The notes below the pieces were generated by a model. The model saw only the letters and a program-made list of their open reading frames with translations, was not told the origin of the DNA and did no database searches. Below, one piece after another: positions 29,501-37,700 of a DNA stretch of 64,000 bases (the stretch's first letter is position 1; each line of letters opens with the position of its first letter). The translations under genes and the position numbers were made by a program. The stretch is taken from contig JAVJSW010000042.1 in the NCBI GenBank assembly GCA_040219255.1, forward strand, positions 64,001 to 128,000, read 5' to 3'. This DNA is from Sumerlaeia bacterium (GTDB lineage Bacteria; Sumerlaeota; Sumerlaeia; SLMS01; JAHLLQ01).

Positions 29501-31155
29501 CCGAGTTCCTTCTCGACTGGCTGGAATTCCGGTCGGGGAACGTGTTTTCCGGCGATGTGTCGGCCCTGGTGGACTGGGCGACGCTGGCGTGGCGGGCGGA
29601 GGGCGGCTTACAGTTGGAGAGCGCCGACGCGTTGGACCAAACCTACACACTGAGCGACGAGGCGCTGGCAGCCCTGGTTCCGGAGATGCAAGGGGGCGCG
29701 GCGCTGCTGTTCGACCTGAAGGGATACCCGCCGCCAGTGGATTATCAGGTGCTCGACGGATGGCCGGTAACCGGGCGGTTGCGGGCTTCGCTGGAGGGCT
29801 TTCAAGCCCGCAGCCGGGGCGCCGAACCGGGCGAAGCGCTCTATGACCTGCAGGGCGTGCGCGGGGCGTATTCCCTGGACCTGCCAACGACCGGATCGCT
29901 GGCGATGGCGGCGGAGTTTCTGATCGACCGGGTGGACAGCAACGCGATTCCGGAAAAACCGCTGGAGGACCTGGAGTTCCGCGGCCATCTGGCAGTCGAT
30001 GAATTGGACGAGGTCAGCGGCGAACTGGAACTCTTCGAGATCGCAAGCTATCGCACGCAGGCCTCGGGCACGCTGCGCATCGAGGGATTGCGAGACGCCC
30101 TGGCGGCCAACGAGTGGGCCGCGCTGCCGGTGTGGCTGCAGAATGTCACGCTGCGCCTGAACGCGAATCTGGCTCAGGACCTGACAGGTTTGGACGGGTT
30201 CGTCGAAGACCTGGACTCAAGCGGCGCTCTGGACCTGAATCTGACGGTCAGCAACACGCCTCGCAATCGCTTCCGCTTCGCGCCGCTGCTCAAGGCGGAC
30301 AATGTGAACTTCGCTTACGGGCAGCTGTTCCGTTTGGACAACTTCCGCGGCGAGTGGAACCTGGAGAAGACGCTGCTCCTCGACCCTGGCGCCCGCCCCG
30401 CCCCGCCGGCGCCGCCGGGTATTCTGAAGATCGAGGACATCTTTATCGACGCTAATGGCCTGGGCGGTCATTTGTCGGGCACGACGCTGGAGTTGCGAGG
30501 AGTGGAGCGGGGCCTGACGATCAGTACGACCACGGTGAATTTCCTGGGCGGGCCGGCGACATCGCAGTGGAAGCTGTTCCTGGACCGGGGCCTGCCGATC
30601 CTTTCGGGCAGCATGGAGATCACCGGGCTGAACGGCGGGAACATTGTGCCCGGTTTCAATGTCCGGGATGTGAGGCAGGCGGAAATCAACGCGGTGGCTT
30701 CGCTTCGATGGATTTTTCCGGAAAACCCGGCTCAAACGCTGATGGACAATCTGGCATTGTCGGTGCGGACAACCCGCATTGGCTCCCAAGCCCTGCGGCA
30801 GATCCTGCGGGCGCTGGACTCGAACCAGGACGATCCGCGATTCCAGGCCGCCATCGCGGCGCTGAACCTGGGGTCGCCGTCGGATGTGGAGCTGCGGCTG
30901 GAAAATGCGCTGGTCACCGCACGGGGCGATTTGCGCCTCGCCACAGGCAACGCGGTACCTCTGCCGATCCTGGACCGCGAGCCGGTGGGCGGGTTGGTCG
31001 GCGTGTACGACTTCAGTGCGCAGGCGCAACTCCTCGAGATGGTGCGCCGCGCGATCATTGTGATTCTCTCGGACGATTTGAGCGTCCTGCAGGAAGCGAT
31101 CCGTCCCCTGGACGGAGACACGGAAGGTGGAGCGACCGATGACGAAGACGACTAA
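26539..31155 (+). CDS. Large AsmA/YdbH-like protein (N-terminal membrane anchor, beta-rich)
   Basis: Basic-then-hydrophobic anchor (KRKRRWLRRILWFLAVVLL...LP); LGREVKLEGLSFGW and VRDEDGVLNL AsmA-like N-terminus; ~1500 aa of amphipathic beta-strand pattern; precedes a DUF1318 gene. Confidence 0.6.
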   Translation: MADSPDNSPEVTEPTPSQEGASQGTSAPPTGKRKRRWLRRILWFLAVVLLLIVLLVALLPTILTSGPAEDFASEQASEILGREVKLEGLSFGWTKPLRLDRLRVGAEEGEGDYPLLDIENVSMPKSLLSLAHLPPYEAELNVGRIEANVVRDEDGVLNLEKVLQAIEERFPPKDVPEPEPEPGPIELPLDQIDVGIETIDLRYVDLAATRTLIAGLEDGALSARWPGGPQPLALTIEGAFRLNDERLPWDVQAEVRDWIDAERVVTTETLTLAATSAESLDNPDLTGGGFSLLATLREMETNSLRVRVPFTPLYDFARGYPLGTLLPPDLELPETVAGTLELGLKATHSQQFQHFTAETEASLRGFAVEGGPVAGRLALPGLEHSAFAEVDLASHTLERLDLSLESAPLTLTAEAAALDWLHPAEGSRLMAQGSFDLGRLASIGAEVLGAGDQASLLDARFGFSARLLEESGPNLVAVGLTAEAELGELRTLEPFAENPEFLTSGSLNLRPLSFVARGPVRYRASEHLVTVPDLEFAGAFTTASLRAEVNLDDPLATWELALFGGTHLTDLIAWDALDRFKPADLPDVRALADYAISGYAVTATEVATSGTVNLTNVTVDLPLRGKVLDNATIAADWDVRADYEDLTVDIARVGLESPILRANLRGRYTPRDFNLEGGAGADLEPIMDIASLFAEIPAQVGGSLAAEFSGSGNPGDAVEMTLRATTPRPLAVEMPGLIAFSEPFSTSLAGQALWEGDGISTATLDLNSFTFGDALAANGKAVVDLTGGRGLDFELDSLLNTSPTLALLDPALLESYGAAVAAEGTIETFVAVDGPFAFGEDGVVFSEAWTIAGENDIALEFVDWLYQPEPAPDETGELAEPEPLAGVLKEIFDNRKFNVSVDLTSPVETLVYEDGAISGFDFVEGPMGVAVDTTRVETAVRYATGEPIPFSVMRGSYLGGVRYGNEIVTLEWPRTDFATATVTDLEATEFLLDWLEFRSGNVFSGDVSALVDWATLAWRAEGGLQLESADALDQTYTLSDEALAALVPEMQGGAALLFDLKGYPPPVDYQVLDGWPVTGRLRASLEGFQARSRGAEPGEALYDLQGVRGAYSLDLPTTGSLAMAAEFLIDRVDSNAIPEKPLEDLEFRGHLAVDELDEVSGELELFEIASYRTQASGTLRIEGLRDALAANEWAALPVWLQNVTLRLNANLAQDLTGLDGFVEDLDSSGALDLNLTVSNTPRNRFRFAPLLKADNVNFAYGQLFRLDNFRGEWNLEKTLLLDPGARPAPPAPPGILKIEDIFIDANGLGGHLSGTTLELRGVERGLTISTTTVNFLGGPATSQWKLFLDRGLPILSGSMEITGLNGGNIVPGFNVRDVRQAEINAVASLRWIFPENPAQTLMDNLALSVRTTRIGSQALRQILRALDSNQDDPRFQAAIAALNLGSPSDVELRLENALVTARGDLRLATGNAVPLPILDREPVGGLVGVYDFSAQAQLLEMVRRAIIVILSDDLSVLQEAIRPLDGDTEGGATDDEDD

Positions 31156-31723
31156 ATGGCTGCAGAGGATGACGGTGTTGGCTAGCTTGGCGGTTCTGAC
31201 GATGGGCTGCGGGCGTGGGCTGTTCAACATCAACATCGTCAGCGAGCAAACGACGCTGGAAAAACAGGTGCTGGGTACCTACAGCAGTCTCGGCCAGGAT
31301 TTGACGATCTACAGCAGTGTGCGCGGCGTGGCGCCGGACGGCACGCTGAAGGTCCCGCCGGAACGAACGCAGAGCCAGCAGCGCGTCTTCGAAGCGATCC
31401 GCAATCGCGAGTACAACCGGGACGACGTGGAGCGGCTCCTGGCGGACGGCGTCGTGGGCGAAGGCAACGATGGTCTCCTGATGATGCGCGAGGAAGCGAG
31501 CGCCGAGACCTTCATCGCTCTTACGGCGGAGGAAGTGCTCGCTATCGTGGAGGAAGAGAATGAGGACCGCCGCGCGATCCTGAATCGGCTGGTGACGACC
31601 ACGCCGGGCGTGGAGCGCGATCAGGCGGAGGATGTGGCATGGATTTTCGCGAGCCTGAATCAGGACGCGGCCCCCGCGGGCGCCTGGGTACAGGAACGGC
31701 GGGGCGATTGGCGGCGCAAATGA
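31139..31723 (+). CDS. DUF1318 (YdbL-like) lipoprotein
   Basis: LTMGC lipobox; TLEKQVLG; GVVGEGNDGLL, EENEDRR, AGAWVQ..GDWRRK. Confidence 0.75.
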   Translation: MTKTTKWLQRMTVLASLAVLTMGCGRGLFNINIVSEQTTLEKQVLGTYSSLGQDLTIYSSVRGVAPDGTLKVPPERTQSQQRVFEAIRNREYNRDDVERLLADGVVGEGNDGLLMMREEASAETFIALTAEEVLAIVEEENEDRRAILNRLVTTTPGVERDQAEDVAWIFASLNQDAAPAGAWVQERRGDWRRK

Positions 31724-34700
31724 CGATCGGAACCCCACGCCGTTCGCGGTTCGCGGCGGGTGCCCTGGCGGCTCTCGCGGCCGCGCCCGCCTTCGCGCCC
31801 GCTCAGGATCTGGAGGAGGATTTCCGCGCCTCCCTGCCGCCCCAGTTGCGGCTGCTCACGTCTGAGATCGGCGACGACTACAGCCCGTCCCTCTCGAGCG
31901 AAGAAGAGTGGATGGCCTTCGTCTCCGAGCGCGATGGCAGCCCGGAAATCTTCATCACCCGATTTCGCCAGAACGTCCCCGTGCCGCCTTCCGTGATCGA
32001 ACCGAGCCCGGCGGAAGACCGCGATCCGGTGATTTCCCCCGACGACAAGTGGATCGCCTGGGTTTCCACGCGCGAGGATGCGTTCGGCGACATTTACGTG
32101 CAGATTCTGCCCTTTGCCGAACCGTTCTTCCGCATTCCGTTCAACCTGCCTTTCATACCTGTTCTTGGCAAGGAAGGAGCCGCGCGTGTCAGCGAACGCG
32201 GCTGGCGCGACCGCAATCCGCGCTGGGAAACTCGCGACGGCGACCTTTACCTCGTCTGGGACGCGGAATCGCCGGACGGTACGGTGGTGGTCAAGGAGGC
32301 GCGGCCTGGCCGCTGGCGGGTACAGGAACGGCCTTCCGAGGCGGCGACAAGCGTGCAGAACCTCGTTCCCCCCTTTGGCGCCACGGTGGTCGAACCGCCC
32401 GAGCGTGGCACGGAAACCTGGGTCCTGGCGGCCGACGACACGGACGGTGACGGCAGCCTGACCGCCGAAGACGCCCGAGGCGTCTGGGTTTACGATGAAG
32501 AGCGCGCGATCTGGCGCCAATTGACCCCGCCCCTGCCGGGCGTCACGACACCCCTGGTGGGAAACCTCGGCAGCCTGGTGATGAGTGTAAACCTGCGAGG
32601 AAACCGCGACCTGGTGGAGGTCGAGCGTCCCTACTTCGTGTCGCGCGTGGAGTCGGCGGGCGAGGCCTTGGAGCGTGGCCGCCAGATGCAGGCGAACTCG
32701 CCGCTGAACATCTGGCCCGCCGTGGCCGTGTTCCGCCAGGGCTACCTGCTGGGTCCGGAAACCACGCCGGGCCAGCAGGCGCTGCTGGAGGCGCTGGGCA
32801 TTCTCGATCTGGCGGAACGGCCCGAACAGGCCCTAGCCATGATCGGCGAAGCGCGCACGCGGGGCGGGCTGCAAGGTGAGGAGCGGCAACTGATCGAGAT
32901 TTTCGAAGTGGCCTTCCGAGTCTCCGCGGCGGACCGCGGCAACCGCACGCCCTCGGAAACCCGCCAAGTCCGGCGGGAGGCGATCACGGAACTGGAAGCT
33001 CTGATCGCCGGTGGCGGGCTGACGCCCCGGGCTCGAGGACGGGCCTTGCTGGTGGCGGCGAGGGTCGCGGAAGAGAACGGACAACCCAAGCAGGCACTGG
33101 ACTTCGCCCAACTCGTGGAGGCGGACAACGCCATCCCGGTCGAGTTGCGCGGCGAATCGGCGCTGCTGCGGGCGGGAATTTACCGAGGGCTGGGGCTGCC
33201 GGACGATGTGCAACGGGTGCTGCTGAACATCCTGCGCGAGTACGCGACGCTGGAAACGGCGGAAGAGCAGGCGGCGCTGATGCTGACCGAGGTGGCGCTG
33301 GAAACAGCCACGGGAGCGTCCCTCGATGAAAAGCTTCGCCCCGTGCGGGCGTTGGCCTCCGCCCATCCCGATCTGGATTCGGTGCAGGTGGCGGCGTCGC
33401 TGGCGGCGGGCAACCTGCTGGCGGACGAAGTACGCTTCGAGGAGGCGGAGGAGGCGCTGCGGACAGCGATGACGTACACCCGCTCCGAGCCCCGGCTGGC
33501 GGCCCGCGCCGCTTTCGATCTCGCCCAGGTCCTCTCGCGCCAGAACGAATTCGCCGAGGCCATCGAGACCTACGAATCGGTCTCGGCGGACATGCGCAGT
33601 CAATTCTTCGCCGGCGCCCCGAGCTTCATCCGCCGGGCGCGGGAAGCCCTTATCAACGAGTACCTGCAAAAGGGCGACTACGAGCTGCGGGTGGGCGATC
33701 CGGCTCTGGCGCTGCGCACCTTCAGCGATCTGCTGGAGCTGGAGCCAGAGCTGACGGAAGGCTGGCGCGGATTCATCGACGCGCAGTTCCGCCTCGGCAT
33801 CCTGGATAGCGCGGCCAAGGCCCGCTACCGGCGCGAGGCGCTGGCGAACTTGCGCAGCGGACTCGCCCAGTACAAATACGGGCTGGCGATCACCTATCCG
33901 GAACCCACCGGCGCCTCGCGCGACATCCTGGAGCGGGCCATCGTCCTCGACGGCGCCAATCCCTATTTCCACCAGACCTTGGGTTTCGTGCTCGAATGGC
34001 AGGGCCGGCGAGGCGACCGCGAGAATCTGGCGCGGGCCCTGACGGCGAACCAGCGCGCGCTGGCGCTCCTGGACCGCCGGTCGCGCCCGGCGGACTACGC
34101 CAACTTGCTCCTGAACGCGGGCAACGTGGCGGGGGCGCTGCAAAGCTACGGCCGCGCGGCCGATCTCTACACGCAGCGCGTCGATTCCGGCGTTCCCTTC
34201 CGCGATACGCGAACGGAATTTCTTTTCTATTACAACTACGGCGAGGCGCTTTTCCAGGCTTCCCGTCCGCTCGATGCGGCGGAGGCGTGGCAAACGGCTC
34301 TGGTGCTGATTCCGGCGTTGGTGAACTACAACATTCTGACCCCCGAGCAGGGCGAAGAACGGCAGCTCGAACTGTACGACCGGCGGGCGCTCGCTTTGCG
34401 CGAGGCGGGCCGGCGGCGCGAGGCCGCGGAGCTGTTCGATCTCGTGGCGCAAGCCAATCTGCCGCAGTCCTTCAACCGCGCCCGCGCCTACCGCAACAAG
34501 GGATTCACGTTGCACCTGCTGTCCCAGCGGCAAACCGGCGCGGCCCGCCGCGACACGCTGCTGCAGGCGAAAAAAGCGCTGGAGCAAGCGCTGGCGATCG
34601 TAACGTCGGAGGGGCTGACACTGACTTCTCTGACCGGCACGGACCTGACACCGTCGTTCCAGTTCGGCTTCGACATCACCATCTCGGCCGGGGGCTCGGG

Positions 34701-37700
34701 CGCGGCGCTGCAAGACTTCTCGCCCGAGGAGGAAGAGCAACTGATCCGCGCGGGACTCGCGCGCGTCACCCAGGACCTCGGCCAGCACGCGGAGGCCATC
34801 GCCCAATTGCGCCAGCAGCTCAGCAACCGCCCCAAAGTCAACGCGGCGAACAAGGGCTATTATCGAACTGTGCGTCTGGTGAATTATGAAAGCCTGGCGA
34901 ACGAGTACCTCAAACTCGGCGAGCGCGAGGAAGCGGCCAAGGCCCTCGTGCAGGCCATCGACGAAGCCTACTTCACCGTGAAGGACCTGCCCCAGGTGAA
35001 CGGGGCGGGGTTGTCGCTGGTGCTGGGGCGGTTGACGGAAATGGCGCTCGACGGCGAGCCCTTTCCGGTTTCCGCCGACGAGCTGAAGGAAACATGGCTG
35101 GGAGAGCGATTCCGCGGTGAGGACCCGGTCGAGGCACTGGATTGGTGCCTGGAGCAGGCGCTGGCTCTGCGGGGCGAGGAGACCGGCGAGTACATCGTTT
35201 TCCGCTATGAGTATCGCGGCCGGCTGCAACTGGCGCGGGCGCTCCTGGCCGAACGTTCAGCGGTGAATCTTGGCGAGGAGGGACTGCCGCTGCTGCGATC
35301 CGCGGTGGATGGCGAGCGGGCTCGCATCCTGGCGCAGCAGCTCATCGACAACTCGCTGACGTCTGAGGAGGGGGGCTCGGTAGAGAAACTGGCTCTCTTC
35401 GCCCACGCCGTTCTGATCCGGGCAGCGGCCCGCAGCGGCTCGGTGGAGGACACGGAAGCGGCGGTCGAATCGGCGCTGAACTACGCCCGGCAGGCGGGCT
35501 GGGAGCACTTCCAATGGTGGCTGGCGGCGCAACCGGCGTTGATCGCGGGCTATCCGCAGACGGTCGAATCGGTCCGGTTGGCGCTCGAGCAGCTCGAAGC
35601 GCAGACACCCGGCGTCGCGACGCAGGAAACTCCCGTGCCCTACGACTTGCTGGCGTACTGTGAGCAGGTGGCCGTTTCCGCCGCCGCGCGCGAGGGCGAT
35701 TGGAACGAGGCTTGGGGCTTGGCGGAGCGCTGGCGCGCCATGCGGTTGCAACTCGGATTCACGGAAAGCCTGCCCCCCGCCCGCGAGTCCGACACCGCCG
35801 GGGCCGAGTGGCTGGCCACGGCGCGGACGCTAAAGCGCGCCACCCGCGACAAGCTGGTGCGGCTGCGCGATCTCCCCTACCTGGACCCGAACGTGGCCCA
35901 GGCGCGGCGAGAACTGGCGGAAGCCCGCAATGCCTGGGTCGCCCATTTGAACGAAGGCCGCGACGCCGGTATCGCCGCGGCTCTGATGATCGCGCCACGC
36001 GCGTCCTACGGCGATGGCAACACGCCGATCGAATTCGCCTCGCAGCTCTTCGACTTCGGACTCGCGCTGCCCGGTCCGCCGGCGCTGGTGCTTGTGACGC
36101 GGGAAGGCGCCGCCGCCTGGGCGGACCCCGAGAACCCGACGCAGGCCCGCCCCCTCGCATCTCCGGCTGACTGGGATTGGCTCGCCCGCCAGGCCACGGT
36201 CTGGTTCGTCAGCGGCGAGCCGCTGTCACCGGGAGCCGCTCCGGAGACGGTGACAGTCAGCCGGCTGCTGAACGCGGAAATGACGGCGGAGGCGCTGCGA
36301 ACCTACCGCTTCGACGTCTCGCCAGAGCCGGTCGCGGTCGCTGCGCCGGAGCGAACACTGACCTCGTCGGAACTCCGCCAGAGACTTCTCGACGGGCCGG
36401 ACATCGAACTGACGGCGCCGATCCTGACAAACGCGAGCGATCCGCTGGCATGGACACTGGAGGGTTCCGAACTGCAACTACGCGGGCTGGTGGCGGCTTT
36501 GCCGGACGTGGCGATTCTTCGCGCGACCTTGAAGGAAGCCACAGGAACCCGCAAGATCACGGCGAATCTTTCGCTGCGCCATCGCATCAACCAAGAGTTC
36601 CTGGCGGCGGCGATGTTCTATGGCGGCGTGACGGAGGCGATGATCGACGGCGAGCGCTGGCTCGGCGCGATCTTCAGCCCGGTCGAGTTGCGAGAGTTGG
36701 CCGAGCAGCAGGACGATGCGGATGTCGGCACCGTGATCGGCCGGCTGGAAAGCGGCGAAACAGCGGAGGCCCTGGCGCCGGCGCAACGCCTCTTCTCGAT
36801 TCGCCAGACCCTGGAGAAAAGCCCGCAGGACGTGGCCGAGGCGGGGCTGGTTCTCGCCCAGATCGAGGCGGACCTGGACCGTTACGCCCAAGCAGCGGAC
36901 GCGGCGGCGCGTGTCGTGAACGTGCTGGAGGGACAGGACGCGGAGCCGGCGACACTGGTGAACGCGCTGGATACGCTGGCGAGCTACGCGACGCGGGCCC
37001 GGGATTTCGATCAGGCGCTGGAGGCCAAATCGCGCTCCGCAAGTCTTTATGAACAACTGGGTGCTCTGGACTTACAGACAGAGGCCATCGCGGAGATGGG
37101 CGTTCTGGAGGAAAACCGGGGCAATTACGAGGAGGCCCTAAGCCAGTTCCGCCGTGCGCGGCAAATGGCCGCCGATTTCGGCGATCCGTACCTGGAAGCC
37201 AAGCAGTATCAACGCATCGGGCGCATCTACCTGCTTCGCCAGAACGATTATGTCAAGGCGGGCGAAGCCTTCGCCCAGGCCCGCGAGCTGGCCAGTGCCG
37301 CGCAGGCGCTGGAATTGGAGCTGGAGTCGCGCCTCGATCTTGCGCGCGTCGATGCCCGGCTGGGGCGGTTCGATGCCGCCATCGAGACGGCGAGGGCCGT
37401 TCGCGAGGACTCCCGCGATGCCAGCCTGCCCGTGGTAGAGACGGACGGGCTCCTGGTGGAGGGTGAAACCCATTGGGCCAAAGCGGATTACTTCGAGGCC
37501 TTCCAGCGCCAGCGCGAGGCGTTGCTGCTGGCCCAGGAGACGGACGACCAGCCCAACCGCTTCCGCGCGCGGAACTTCGCGGGGCTGATCTATTGGGCCC
37601 TGAACGATACGGAGGCGGCGCTCGCCGAATTCGACGAGGCCCTGAGACTGGCCCGTGAAATGATCTTCGACCTGGAAGTGGCCACCGCCCACAACAACCG

